NCBI GenBank assembly: GCA_024137785.1
Contig: JAHRHZ010000012.1
Coordinates: 68,234,101 to 68,298,100 of the forward strand
Reading direction: 5' to 3'
DNA length: 64,000 nucleotides
Source: Ginglymostoma cirratum
Lineage: Eukaryota
Part shown: positions 1-13,235 of the stretch, piece after piece
Layout: every line of letters starts with the position of its first letter
How positions within the stretch are numbered: position 1 is the stretch's first letter
The notes under the pieces: generated by a model
Told to the model about the DNA's origin: nothing
Databases searched by the model: none
Seen by the model: only the letters and a program-made list of their open reading frames with translations
Position numbers and translations under genes: made by a program

Positions 1-94
1 CAATCTTTTCTCTATTTAATCAATCATGAAAGAAACAGAAAGGTCCCTAATATAATACATGATCTCTAGATGTGTGGACTCACCAGTGTCATAA

Positions 95-800
95 AAACAG
101 AACAGTACAGTGCAGGAACAAACCCTTCAGTCTTTGGCTTACCATGTCTGCACTGACCATGATGTCATTCTAAACTAATCCCATTTGGCTACACGTGGTT
201 CATATCCCTCTATTACTTGTCTATTTGTGTGTCTGTTTAAATGTCTCTTAAACATTGCTAATGTCTTTGCCTCTACCACCTCCCCAACAGTGCATTCCAG
301 GCACCTCCTACCCTGTGTGTAAAACTTTCCTCGCATTTTTGTTTCCTCACAACACCTTTATGACATGACCTGTACACCTTCCCCACTTTTGTATTAATTC
401 CCCTCATAACAAATGATAATGTTCTATTGGCTTTCCTGGTTATTTTTGTATTTGTGAATTAGCCTCCTTCATTTCATGCAAAATGCCGCCCAGCCCTCTG
501 CACCTCAGAGCTCTGCAATCTCTCACCATTTAGATAATACGCTTCCTTTTATTTGTCCTGCCAAGATGGACAATTTCACATTTTTCCCACATTATGCTCC
601 ATTTGCCAGGCATTTGTCCTCTCTCTTGTCCTATCTATGTATTTTTGTAGCCTCTGCATTCCCTCTTCACAACTTAAGTTTTGACGCATCTTTGTGTCAT
701 CAGCAAATTTGGCAAATATGCTGTTAATTCCTTCAGCCAAATGATTTATATAAATTACAAACAGTTGCGATCTTGTGAACTACAACTTGCTACATTTTGC
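95..800 (-). mobile_element. CR1 (HER1-like) LINE 3' fragments, decayed
   Basis: Reverse strand of about 230-335 reads as the CR1 ORF2 C-terminus (GAWNAL..VVEAKTLAMFKRHL) followed by a 3' UTR. RT remnant (KFAD-type motif, 'gtcatcagcaaattt') near 697-711. Confidence 0.8.
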
Positions 801-821
801 TAACCAGAAAGAGATCATAAG

Positions 822-3200
822 GCCAGAACACCAAGGAGCAGAACGTGGTCATTTGGTCTATTAAGTCTGCTTCATCATCCTCCCATTTCCCATACCCTTG
901 ATTCTCTTACTGATTAAAAATCTGTCTATCTCAACTTTGAATATTCTTAATGACAGGACAATGATAGCCCTCTGCGGTAAAGAATGCTTTAGATACTCTA
1001 CCTTCTGAAAGAAGAAGTTCCTCCTTAGCTCTGTCTTAAATGGCTGACCTCTTCTTCTGAGATTATGCCCTCTGGTCCTAAACTCTGTCACAAGGGAAAA
1101 CAACCTCTTTTCATTCCCCCAATTAATTGCCCTAAGAAGCTCGCATGTTTTAATAATGTCTCCTCCCATTCTTCTAAACTCCAATACGTACAAGCCCAAA
1201 ATACTGAAGCCCTCGTCGTGAGACAGTCCCTTCATGCCTGGTATCAGCCCAGTGAACCTTCTCTAGACTATGTCAAATGCCAGTATATCTTTCCTTAGAT
1301 AAGGGGACCAAAACTGTTCACAGTATTCCAGATATGGTCTAACTGATGCCTAATATATCTTTAACAAGACGTCCCTATTTTTATATTGTATTCCTTTCAA
1401 AATAAGTCTAACAGCCCATTTGCCTTCTCTATACCTGCTGAACATGGATCCTAGCCTTTTGTGATTTATGCATGGGGACCCAAATCCCTCTATGCTGTAG
1501 ATTTCTGCAGTCTCTCTCCATTTTAAATAATATTCGGCCCATTGTTCTGTTCAAGTGCATAACCTCACATTTTTCCACATTATGTTCCACCTGACAAGTT
1601 CTTGCCCACTCAAATAACCTGTCTGTAGACTCCTGGTGTTATCTTGATTACTTGCCTTCGCATCTATTTTTGTGCACAAACTTGGTTATAGAACATCCAT
1701 TTCTCTCATCCAAGTTACTGATATCCATTAGCACTGATCCTTGTGGCACTCCACTTGTTACATATTGCCATTCTGAAATTCCCTCCTTACCTGTCTTCTA
1801 TTGTCAACCAATCCCCTATTCATGCTAATAGATTACCTGCAAACCATAGACCTTTGTCTAATTAAATAGTCTTATGTTCCATACCTCATTGAATGGCTTT
1901 TAGAAATCTAACTATATTACCTCTACTGATTCTCCATTATCAATCTTCTTGCTATTTCCTCAGCAAATTATAAAAAAAAATTGCTAGGTTTGATTTCCCC
2001 TTCATGAATCTCTATTGACTCTGCTTGATTTTTATTATGTATTTCCAAATGTTTTGCTCTAGCATCCTTTATAATAGACTTTAACATTTCCTAATAACAG
2101 ATGTTAGGCTAACTGACCTAAATATGTACCTGCTTTTTGTTTCCTTCCCTCTTTAAAGTTGCCCCAAATCGGCTGTTTCTAATCCTCTTTGTCTTTTCCT
2201 GAATCAATGAATTCTTGGACACTTAGTTCCAGTGTATCTATTATCTAAGTAGCTACTTCCTTTAACATCCTAGTATGCAATTCATCTGGTCCAGGGGAGT
2301 TTATCGATTTTTAAGTCCATTAGTTTTCCTAGTACTTTTTCTCCAGTGGGGATTATTTCATTTATTTGTTCTTCTCCCATTCTTACCATTTAATTATTAA
2401 TATTTTGGTATGCTATTAGTGTCCTTTGCTGTGAAGACTGATCCAAAGTATTTTTTCAAATTCTTTGTTATTTCCTGGTTCCCCATTATTATTTCTCTAG
2501 CCTCATTCTCTGAGAGCACTTTGGCTTCCTTCTTTCTTTTTAAATATTTAAATGAGTTCTGTCTCTCTGTTTCTATATTACTTCCTAGTTTACCCTCATA
2601 ATTTATCTTCTCCCTTGTTAGTATTTTTTAGGTCACCTCTTGTTGGCTTTTATTTCTCAATCGCTTGTTCGCCACTGATCTAGCCTAATTGTATGTTTTT
2701 ATTTTCTTTCAGTTTGTTACTGTCCGTAACTTCCTTGGTTAGCCAAAATTAGTTTATACCCTTCCTATAATCCTTCTTCCTTATTGGGATATATCTTTGG
2801 CTGAGTCATGGATTATTTCTTAAATGTCTGCCAAAGTTACTCAACTGTCTTTTCTGCCAAACTCTTTTCTTAATCTAGTCCAGCAAACTCTGCCCTCATT
2901 CCTTTGAAATTATTCTTACTAATGTTTGGCATAAATTGGCATAATCTAGGCTTTTCATCCAGATTTCTCACTGTCAAACTGAATGATAAATTCTATCATG
3001 GTATGATCATTGTTTCCTAGGGTATCTTATAATGTGAGATCATTTATTGAACCTGCGTCATTATAGTCAACAATATCCAAAATACCCTGGTGTCTGGTTG
3101 GATCCACAACTTCTTGTTCTAGGAAATTGTATCAAATATACTCTGTGAAGTCTTCCTCATATCCACCTCTCCCAATTTGATTTTCCCAATCGGTGTGAAG
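822..3200 (-). mobile_element. CR1 LINE ORF2 remnant (endonuclease end to 3' UTR)
   Basis: ORF 861-1235(-) LGLYVLEFRRMGGDII..RTRGHNL..FKTELRRNFF is the CR1 ORF2 C-terminus. Decayed RT and tether-like sequence continues to about 3200. Confidence 0.9.
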
Positions 3201-3204
3201 CTTA

Positions 3205-4475
3205 GTTTTCCTGTTAGCCAGCCAATTTTCTATCCATGCTAGTAAGCTACCTCATATGTCAACACCTCCTATTTTCCGCAATAACCTTTGACGTGACACT
3301 TAAATGCATTGTAGAAATCTCAGTACAGTATGTTCACTGATTTTCCTTTATGCATAGGACAAGTTACTTCCTAAAAGATCTCCAGAACATGGGCTAAACA
3401 TGATTTACCTTCACAAAACAAAGTTGTTGTTTCTCTGATTATTTTGAGCTTATCTAAATGCTCTGATATAATTTCATACAAGCATACAATACAGAAAAGA
3501 TGATTCAGTCAATTGGGTCTGGATCATTATTAGCTACAGTAAATCTACAGCAGTTCCACTTTCTGGCACTTGGCTCGCAGCTTTGAATGTTATGATACTT
3601 CTAGTGCTTATCCACGTACTCTTTAAAAGGTTGTGAGGTTTCCTGCCTTAACTACCCGAAGGCAGTACATCCCAGATTCCCAGCATGCTCTGGGTGAAAA
3701 TATTTTCCTCAAATCCCCTCTAAACCTCCTACCTTTCACTTTAAAATTATGTCCCCGCATTATTAACCCTCCAACTAAGGGAACAGCTGCTTTCTATCCA
3801 CCCTGCCCATGCCTCTCATAATCTTATATACCTCAATCGGGTCCCCTCTCAGCCTTCTTTGATCTAAAGAATGCCACCCAAGCTTATCCAGTCTCACTTT
3901 GTGCCTAAACTGATCCAGCCCAGGTAACAATCTAGGATCTACACTGTCCCTCCTCTGGTGCAGTTACTTTCTTCCTATAATGCGGTGACCCTCTGGATCC
4001 CATGAGTTTTTACTTTCTTTATTGATCTCCCATGTAAAATATTGTAAAAGGCTTCGCTAAAATCCATAAAAACTACACAACTGCACGACCGTCATCTGCA
4101 CATCAGGTCATCTCCTTGAAAAATTCAAATTCTGACAAAGCCATGCTGACTATCCCTGATCAAACCTTGCCTCACCAAGTGGAGATTAATTGTACTTTCA
4201 CTCTTGTACTAAGGCCTCTGTTGTTTTGTTCCATTTGTATCTTCCTTTTCCTTCTTATCCAGTCCTGAATATTCATAGACCTCCAGGGTTCCCTGGGCTT
4301 GTTGCTCCTACATTTTTTCCTCAAGGGAATCTGTTGGGCCTGTACCTTGCTGATTCCATTTTGAACATTCCCCACTGTTCTGCTGCAGACATACAGAGAA
4401 GTAACTGTTCCCAGACTAGTTTGACCAGATTCCGTCACCTCAAACTCCTGGCAGGCTTCATCCCCCAGAATTAGG
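3205..4475 (-). mobile_element. Further CR1 fragments (RT piece 3205-3475; 3'-end copy with internal deletions 3483-4475)
   Basis: CR1 3' signature at 3690-3760 ('tttttcctcaaatcccctctaaacctcctacctttcactttaaa'-like). ORF 4172-4438(-) contains the tether motif QQIPLRKK..REPW. Confidence 0.8.
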
Positions 4476-5199
4476 TTCAGCCTTAGTGTTTAATTTTGAG
4501 GCAGTGCTATGAGATCTATCACTTTCATGAAGCTCAATCTTGTGATCTCTATGGTGTTTCTCTGACCTTGAATCTTTTAGGAAGTACTGTGTCTTTTTCA
4601 ATTTCTTCTCAATGTGTTGGTCAATCTTATTTTTGTAAAAGCATTTTGAATCTGTTTCATTTCATATTGCTTTAAATCTGCTGTTATTCAAGCTTATATT
4701 CACCATTGTCCTTTTAAGGCAAAGGACTGTACAGCTTGTTGGACTCAGTACAACAGTAATGTTGCGGATTTTCCATTATTTGCCCATATTTCTACCTTTG
4801 TACTTCTACAATATGGTATTGAATTCTTCAGTAAAACTATTTTGGTTTTACCTTTGGCACGGTGAGTTTGCCTTTTTGCTGCTTTCATGGCTGTTGCTGT
4901 TTCTCTATCAGTAATTTTGTTTCAGTGGTTGACTGTGTGTGTCTTGCTTAAATAGTAATGCTCTTAAAGTTGCTCAAGCTTGCTTGTTTCTTTTCTCCTT
5001 CTGGTTCCTCTGGATTTCTTTTCCTTGTGGTGAGGCTCGGATTGACACGCTGTAACCATGTGGTATTTGCCAAGATTACCACTCTTGTGTTATTTTCCAA
5101 CTCCAACTGCATGCAGTAATGGGAAGTGCGTGTTAGAGGTACTTTGTTGCCATCTATACTTCTTTTTCTTTGCATTCTCAGAAGCCTATCGCGTGATTA

Positions 5200-6760
5200 C
5201 TGGGAAAGGACACACCACCATGGAATACCTATAGAAGAAGCACTCATCTTAGGTAACAAGATTGCATGATAGCAATAAGTAAAACTACATTTGATCAGGC
5301 ATAGCTACGACAATCTTAGGGAGCTGCTATTCATACATTCGCTCTCTGCAAAACCTGGAGAAGAATAGTAAGTGACATCAGTAGGTGAGTGGAACCAATG
5401 TATGACCATTAACTCCTCAAGAACTAAAGCCTTATGCAGCAATGTCAGAACCCAAACAGTAGAAATCTCTTGAAACTCCCTTCAATGGCAAAAGATAATT
5501 TTCTGTGGTTGAGAAGAAACTGTGGCCAAAAAGCCAAGGCAGAGTTATTCAAATTTGACAAGTACAGAAGAGTGAAGAAAACTATGCTAATATTTACCAA
5601 TATTCATTGAAAGATAGAACAACAATCCAGTGAGTCAACCAAGAAAACACACCATCAGTTCAGAAACATTTCATGGTTGACGTATTAGCTTATGACAGAA
5701 GCTTCCATCCAGGAAAGCGTATTAGAAAGGATTCATTGGAGACACTTATACATTGCCAGATGTGCAGCCAGGGCTCAGTCAGAACTATAAGGGCCAACTA
5801 TCTCAAAAGAGTTTGAATTTATCATATCTCATAAACCTACAATTATACAGGATTATCAAGGCCAGTAAGCACTCCTGAACTCACTGAAGAGAAACCTCAG
5901 CAACTCAGTTGCAACTCAGTTTGCCAGAAGAAGCAAATACTAAGGACAAGACTGAACAATAAAATGCACTTGAACTCATTCAGGAATCTTAAATTGACAT
6001 TGTTCAGTTAGAAGGATAGGCTGGTAAACACATTGCTATGGCAGAGTAGTCAAAACCAGTGACAATGATAATGTTAAGCAGCCAGCAAACCTCCAGTAAC
6101 ATGACTTACGCAGTCAGTTTTACAAGTCAAACAATCACACAGGCATCCTATGTGATCAGAAACTTGAGGGAGATGAGCACCAAGCAATTCCTTGAGGAGC
6201 AGAACCAAAATCCACAAATTTCAGACAGGATCAAGAAGATGTAAACTGCCTGGTTTAAGCACCAAGAGTCCACAAAAAAGAAAATACTGCTTCCAATTGG
6301 AAAAATATTTCCTGGTCCAGAAATTCTGGATACTGCAAGGAAGAAAGTCCTTGTTTTTACAAAGCAGCCAGTCCTTTCATGAAGGGTATTCTTGTGTTTA
6401 AAGGTCCCACACATGATGTTTTATGGCAAGTATTTAAGTCAGCAGAGAAGAGTTCATCTGCCAAGGAAACTCAGGAGATTAAAGGTTAGCTAGGTATTGA
6501 AATGGACCAATGTCAAAGTCTCCAAGGATATTTCCTCCACAAAGGATATCCAAGAGAGATAAGATCCTCCAGTGGAGAAATGATCCACAGATCAGAACTA
6601 AGGGCAACAGATCTCCAGCAGAAGATCTACCAATTTCCCAAATCTGAAGACAGTGTGTTCTGGTTAAATTGTGAAGTATGTAGATTGTTTGCATTTGTGA
6701 AGTCAGAGATGTGGGCGGAGAAGTGTCAGTGATAAAGATAATATGGTTATATACATGATT
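5200..6760 (+). mobile_element. Highly decayed Gypsy/Ty3 LTR retrotransposon pol remnant
   Basis: 5707-5790 translates IQESVLERIHWRHLYIARCAARAQ, resembling the integrase HHCC region (H.GH.G..KC..RAR). 5555-5595 reads LTSTEE..NYANI, RNase H-like. Confidence 0.55.
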
Positions 6761-7658
6761 GCATTATGAGTAAGCTGTGGGGAAAGAAAGTTTGGGTTGT
6801 ATAAGGTATTGATACTGAAAGGTTTAATATGGAGCTGCATTAGCTTCACCCAATCCGATAATACATAAGTGGCATTCAATATTATCTGCCTCTCTTTTGT
6901 AGAAACAACAAAAAGATGTATTCCATCGTCAGATGTGTTTCAATAAGTTATAATGTTCCTTACCTCAGAAAATTCTGTAAATATTTTACATTAAGTCAAT
7001 CATGCTAAGAATATTATATGGCATCAGTTCTTTCTGCAGCATGGCACATATATAGGTTATTATATTCCTCATCAGTTAAAAACCTTCTGCAAAGGGCTGT
7101 TTATCACATCCAGGTGTGATGTATACAGTCCATAGACCCTTTCTTCTTGGTAAAACCAGATTGGCCTTCTCCTCCTGCTGGTGTGCCTTGCACTGCCTTA
7201 GGTTTCTGGTCCTGTTCCACCTCTCTGGGCATATGTGCTCCCAATGCCCCTATGGGGTGACTGTATACAGGCACCATCTCCTGTTTGCATTAAATGAACT
7301 CTTCCCAGGCACCATTTCCTACCTCCCACCTGGGTGTCTTAATCATCAAGGACAAAAATATTTGCCCTACTTAGCCAATAGGCCCCACCCTCAAAATCCA
7401 CATTGGGTTATCTTGTACTTAATTTTCTTTTAGGTCTCTGTTGTTTGGATAAAAGTTTTAAAGGTTTTGCAAAGGTACCTGAGCTCTCTAAATGGGTGCC
7501 TTACCTCTCCAAAGCACTCAGGCAGGTTTGGACCTTTGCCTCAAAGGTGCCAAAGCTGCAGATTATGTTCTAGAACTTCCAATGAATATTGCTTCTAAAT
7601 GAAGGAAGCTGCACTGTTAAATGTGCTGCTGCCTTCAGAAGGCATACATAAGCAAACT

Positions 7659-8279
7659 CCGAGATAACAAGGTGTAGAGCTGGATGAACACAGCATGCCA
7701 AGCAGCATCATAGGAGCAGGAAATCTTGATGTTTCGGGCCTAGACCCTTCAACAGAAATGGGGGAGGGGAAGAGGGTTCTGAAATAAATAGGGAGAGAGG
7801 AGGAGGCGGATAGAAGATGGATAGAGGAGAAGATAGGTGGAGAGGAGACAGACAAGTCAAAGAGGCGGGGATGGAGCCAGTAAAGGTGAGTGTAGGTAGG
7901 GGGGTAGGGAGGAGATAGGTCAGTCCAGGGAGGACGGACAGGTCAAGGGGGCAGGATGAGGTTATTAGGTAGAAGATGGGGGTGCGGCTTGAGGTGGGAG
8001 GAGGGGATAGGTGAGAGGAAGAACAGGTTAGGGAGGTGGGGAGGAGCTGGGCTGGTTTTGGGATGCGGTAGGGGGAGGGGAAATTTTGAAGCTTGTGAAA
8101 TCCACGTTGATACCATTGGGCTGCAGGGTTCCCAGGCTGAATATGAGTTGCTCCTCCCAGTCGCGAACCATTTCAACTCCCCCTCCCATTTCTCAGATGA
8201 CATGTCCATCCTGGGCCTCCTGCACTGCCACAACTATGCCACCCGAAGGCTGCAGGAACAGCAACTCATATTCCATCTG
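7659..8279 (-). mobile_element. Penelope-like element (family A) 3' part/pLTR with inverted 5' segment
   Basis: Minus strand 8152->7659: QLIFSLGTLQPNGINVDFTSF, pyrimidine tract, mutated hammerhead (CTGTTGA..GAAACATC, 7728-7755). Plus strand 8153-8279: LPVANHFNSPSH..MSILGL..RRLQEQQLIFHL, the GIY-YIG endonuclease C-terminus. Confidence 0.9.
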
Positions 8280-8317
8280 ACATTGGAAACCACCTACAAA
8301 AATCATACAGTATTTAA

Positions 8318-8420
8318 AACAAAAATAGAAAATAGACATCTCCACAGATGCTACCAGCTGAGCTTTCCAGGGATTTCTATTTTTGTTTCTGATTTACAGC
8401 AACTGCAGTTGTTTTGGTTT
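8318..8420 (+). mobile_element. Penelope-like family B terminal remnant
   Basis: 'cacagatgctaccagctgagctttccag...gatttacagcaactgcagtt' matches the family B 3' end. Flanked by imperfect 15-bp direct repeat tcatacag(t/a)att(t/c)aa at 8303-8317 and 8421-8435. Confidence 0.7.
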
Positions 8421-9153
8421 TCATACAGAATTCAACTAATTGACTCCCTGCCCTTTTGGTGGAGATTCGTGAAATAATTCATGTCATGTTTGTTGACAAT
8501 GAATGAGTTCAATGCTTCCTGATCTGCCTCTGACAATTCTGGGTAGATTATACCAATGAGAGTTTCAGAAATCATATTCTGAAGGCCAAGGACTGGCAAT
8601 TCTTAAATGGCTGCTTGAATAGATAGATTGTCCGTCTAACTGACAGTTTCAGCCTGTGTACGTAATTATTTGTGAGAGAAATACTTTGAGCCTATTATTC
8701 TGCCGCATACATCATGTTGAATTGCATCCCAATGGCGCATCAGGAAGAATTTGAGGTAGTTTCAGGTAACGTCTATTTGGTAGGGGTTGAGCAGTTGTTG
8801 CTGTTTAAGCTGGTAACAGTGTCTCAAATAGTGTCCACAGGTAATTGCAGTGAAAAACTAACCAGTATAGTTGTCTATTCATTGACTTCAGATAAAGTCC
8901 CATAGGGATCTGATTCTATTAGCTGATTTACAACAACTGCTGTTCTTTTGGTTTCATGCAACTTTATGGTTCTTAATAAGATAGTAATGCATAAAATGCA
9001 TTAATGATATCTTCCACATCTCCTAAACATATCATCAGACCAAACCACCTGGATTTTTTTCTTTATTTTTAAATTGCCAACCACCACCAGTAAAATACCT
9101 GTGTGCCCAATTCAGTATTTACATGGAAAGCCCATTAAGGGTAGGCAAGTATT

Positions 9154-9454
9154 GGGGCAGCACGCTGGCTCAGTGGTTAGCACTGCTGCCTCACAGCACC
9201 AGGGACCAGAGTTCGATTCCACCCTCCAGTGACTGTCTGTGTGGAGTTTGCATATTCTCCCCATGTCTGTGTGGGTGCTCTGGTTTCCTTTCACAGTCCA
9301 AAGATGCCTGAGTTAGGTGGATTGGCCATGGGAAATGCAGGGTTACGGGGATTGTGGTGGGGTGGTCTGAGTGGGGTGAACTTTGGAGGGTCAGTGTGGA
9401 CTTGATAGGCTGAATAGCCTGTTTCCATACTGTAGGGATCCAGTGATTCTATGA
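9154..9454 (+). mobile_element. HE1-type V-SINE
   Basis: tRNA-like A box (tggctcagtggtt) and B box (gttcgattcc), V-domain (gtgtggagtttgca..ttctcccc), CR1-like tail ending gattctatga. Confidence 0.9.
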
Positions 9455-9529
9455 AACCATCAAAAAAGGAGGTAAGGAGAGCAGGAAGGAACTAAATAAA
9501 AATGGATTTGGAGGGGGAACATAAAGCGC

Positions 9530-10000
9530 TGTATTCCCTGTGGTGTATTCCTCCTCTCTTTAAAGACATCGAGAGCATTGATGGACACGATGTGTTCCAC
9601 AGCCTGTTGTCTCACCTGTTTATAGCCAGCCTGGCCAGGCTCAGGAGCACCGGATACCCAAGATCAAGAGTGCAGGGCTGAGGTGCAATCAAAAACACAA
9701 CAAAAACTAATTCAAATAACCAAAAAGGGGGCGCAAAACCAATGTATACGTGGTCCACGGACTCCACAGTACAGCAAAATAAACAGTTGGACAGGGAATC
9801 TGTGAACTCCTGCAATCTGAGGTTATAAGGACTGCTGCATGGAACACCCTCCACCTTAGGTCCCCAATGGAAAGACGGAGGATTCCTGGATAGGGAACCC
9901 CCACTGACTGGGGAAGTCCACCGGCAAGTAAGCACTCCAAGGTGTGTCCAGGCAGAGGATGTAGGAGTCGAGGTGGATGGTGTGCAACAGCATCCTGTAC
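9530..10000 (-). mobile_element. Tx1/L1-clade non-LTR retrotransposon ORF2 C-terminal fragment
   Basis: ORFs 9707-9940(-) (LSIGDLRWRVFHAAV) and 9612-10070(-) (NCLFCCTVESVDHVYI..LARLAINR) form a frameshifted C-terminal zinc knuckle of L1/Tx1 type. Confidence 0.8.
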
Positions 10001-10004
10001 AAAA

Positions 10005-11635
10005 ATGCCTCTTCATGAGGTGCAGCCTCATAGATAAGACAGCTGAGTTAAGGACATTGGATTGACACATGGAACTGTGATGTTGTTGCCGTCACAGAGA
10101 CATGGTTGAGGGAGGGGCAGTCTTGAAAGCTCAACATTCCAGGATCTTCAGATAGGACACAGAGGGTGTAACAGAGAAGGTGGTGTTTTATTATTAATTA
10201 AGCATCAGTTACCGTAGTAAAGGAGGAATTATATCTTGGAAGGGTCTTCATATGAGGCATTGTAGGTAGAGCTGAAGCATAAAAAGAGGCAGTCATATTG
10301 CTGGGAGTGTATTATCGTGAGCATCCTCCCAAAAAAAAAGTCAGTGGATAATAGAGAAGCAGGTATGTAGATAATTCATTGAGATGTGTAAAAATGATAT
10401 AAGGACAATTATAATAGGGAATTTCAACTTCCCCAACATTAATTGAAATAGTCATGGTGTAAAGCATTTAGAGGGGCAGGTTTCCTGAAATATATTGATG
10501 AGACTTTTTTATATCAACATGTAGAAGGTCCAACAAGGGATGGCGCAGATTTGGATCTCATCTAGAGGAACAAAACAAGACAGGTGTGCGAATATCAAGG
10601 TGGCACTGGGAGAGCATTTTATTGATAGCGACCACAACACTATATGTTTTAAGTATGTTATGGAAAAGGAAAAATATGGTCTGTAAAAAAAGCCTTTGAA
10701 TTGGGGGAAGGCAAGTTTTATTAAAATGTGGCAGAATCTGGTCAAAATAGACCAGTAACGACTACTTGAGGGTAATTCTCCTGCAGAATAGTGGGAGGCA
10801 TTCAAAAAGATATTGCTGGAGAGTATAAGTCAGACATGGTCCCTTTAGGATGAAAAGTAGGAGCAACAAGCTCAGAGAACCCTGGATGTTTATAGGAATG
10901 CTCAATACTGGGTAAAAAGGAAAAGAAAGCAGTGTAATTGGTGCAAAGAAAGTAAAACAACTGGAGCCCTAGAGGAAAAAAAAACAAAAACAAAGTTGCT
11001 GGAAAAGCTCAGCAGGTCTGGCAGCATCTTGAAGGAAAAAACAGAGTTAGCGTTTTGGGTCCAGCAGCCCTTCCTCAGAACCAGTTCCTTAGACTGTTGT
11101 TGTTGTTGTTGTTTGGGGTCCTAGAGGAGTATAGGAAATGCCGGTGGGAGCTCAAGAAAGCAATTAGGAGAGCAAAGAGGAGGAAGAGAAAATGCTGGTG
11201 GGCAAGATTAGGGAGAATCCCAAGATAATCCACAAGTATATCAAGGGGAAGAGGATAATTAGGGAAAAAGTAGTGCGCTTTAAGGACCAAGGGGGAAATC
11301 TTTGTGTGAAGCTGGAGGACTTTGGGAGAGTGCTGAACAAATACTTAATGTCTGCCTTTACCCAGGAGAAGGAGAAGATGGACTGTGAAGTTCTTGAGCA
11401 GATTGATAGAAGACGTGAAAGGTATTAGAGGTTTCAGTGTGTTTAGAAGTTGACAAATCCCTGGTCCAGATGCTTTGTATTCCAAATTGCTGTGGGAGAC
11501 CAGGGAGGAAATAACAGGAGCTCTGGCACAAATTTTTAATTCCAGTCTGGTCACAGAGGATGAGCCAGAGGACTAATGTGATTCCACTTTATAAGTAGGG
11601 CGTAGTGATAGACCAGTCTCGTATCAGTCAGCCTG
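10005..11635 (+). mobile_element. CR1 ORF2 remnant (APE endonuclease to start of RT)
   Basis: Motifs DVVAVTETWL (10079-), GNFNFPNIN, DSDHN, IRENPKIIHKYIKGKR (ORF 11192-11428), KSLGPD. Confidence 0.85.
10977..11113 (-). mobile_element. Penelope-like family B mini element with degenerate hammerhead and (TTG)n tract
   Basis: Matches the 38905-39045 copy. Interrupts the CR1, with imperfect 15-bp TSD tgg(a/g)g(c/t)cctagagga at 10962-10976 and 11114-11128. Confidence 0.8.
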
Positions 11636-11939
11636 TTGGATGTGGTGGAAATGGCGTCTAGTGATCCTTTAGATGTGGATGCTGGTGGAGTGGTAAAACA
11701 GTCCTTACACAATAGCCATTCATTATACAGAATGCTATATTTGGAAAATTTATGTCAGTTTCAGAAGATATGTAGATGCAAGACACAGTTTGAAAGCAAT
11801 GAAACTACTGATGGTCACATATGTAAAGAGATCTACAAGAATCTACCATTCTACTTGCATTTGATAAGATACCTCCATAGAGAAGATTTCTGAAGAATTC
11901 TGCAGGGAACTAACTGAAGTGGTCAAGCCGGATGAAACA

Positions 11940-12135
11940 CAAGTGGTTGAGGCTGTTATATTGAATGTGTTCAATAAGGAGTTAGATATAGTTTTTAGGG
12001 CTAACGGGATTAAACGGTATGGGGTGAAAGCAGGAACAGTATACTGAGTTAGATGACCAGCCATGATCATATTGAATGGTGGAGCAAGCTCGAAGGGCTG
12101 AATTGCCTAATCCTATTATTTTATGTGACTCTGTA
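11940..12135 (+). mobile_element. CR1 3' end
   Basis: VVEAVILNVFNKELD followed by 3' UTR 'gccatgatcatattgaatggtggagcaagctcgaagggctgaa'. Confidence 0.8.
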
Positions 12136-13235
12136 GAAATGTGACCTTCATGAGCAATTCAAAATAAAAAAATTACGTTTATAATGTACATTTCCAAGGT
12201 AGGATGGTGAGTGGCTAGGAGGCAGACTTTCAGGTGCAGGTGTTCCTTCCCATTTGTTTTCTCTTCTCCTGTCCTTCTAGATGGTAGTGCTCATATGTAT
12301 AGAAGATGTTCCCGAAGGAATCGTGTAGGAGACCTAACTGAGCCTCACAAAATGTAAAAACAACGATGTTAATTTTTTTTTTAGGAATTCTGTACTTCCA
12401 TTGAAATAGTGCACTTTTGAAATTTACCACCATGTGGTACAAATTTTATGAAACAATAGCCAGTTCAAATAATTTACAGAGTTTCTATGAAGCAAACTAA
12501 TTGCTTTACACTAATTTATTGAATTAACATTTCCCCAGCATGGAAATTTATTGAACGTCAAATGGATTTGTTTCCTTTATGTACACTGTGAGTGGTTTAA
12601 AAGAGGCATTTTTTAAATCTCTGTAATGCTTTTGCACAAATGTACTTGGGATATTTTCTGCAAATTTGGGTGCATTCAGTTATTGCAGTGGTGAGGAGCT
12701 GGTAAGTTACTTAATTAAAGTGCTAACCAGAGAATTAGAGTTCAAACCCACAGAAGAGGCTAATTCTCCTGTGTGGGCCACGTACATCATACACATGACA
12801 GACTTCTAATTTTGAATAACTTATGAAACATGGGAAAGCTAATGTAAGCTGTGTTAGTTCATGCCCATTCTATGTTCTAGTGAAAAACTTGTGTTGGTCT
12901 ATTTTTAATAAGAGTACTATTTGCTGTTCTTTTCATGTGGCTTAACATCAGCAAGAAAGATGTAAGGAAGAAATCAGTATAATTTCAAAACTGCAAGGAT
13001 GAAATAATGTAATGTACCTCTACAGGAAACATGATAGGAGTGTACAGTACACCTGAAACTGAAATGGAAAAATGGAAAAACATAGCAGTGGTGTCAGCAC
13101 CTGAACGGAATAACCATTGCTCACTGTTTTAGTTTCAAGATAAAGATCTTGGCCCTTTTCAGATCATAATTGGTATACTCTGTGGTTCCAGCATTTTCTG
13201 CTTTTATTTCCAGCGGAATTAAACTGTACCTGTGA

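Noticed and set aside
4500-5180. Possible gag remnant opposite the Gypsy pol fragment
   Set aside because: Only a weak SATLL-type echo; too decayed to support.
5900-5921. 11-bp tandem duplication gcaactcagtt
   Set aside because: Ordinary slippage in a dead element.
7956-8477. 173-aa ORF as a host gene
   Set aside because: Chimera of antisense pLTR, the inverted GIY-YIG fragment and a family B remnant.
8776-8818. FGRG motif near a GT donor (J-like)
   Set aside because: In-frame stops, wrong spacing, no recombination signal.
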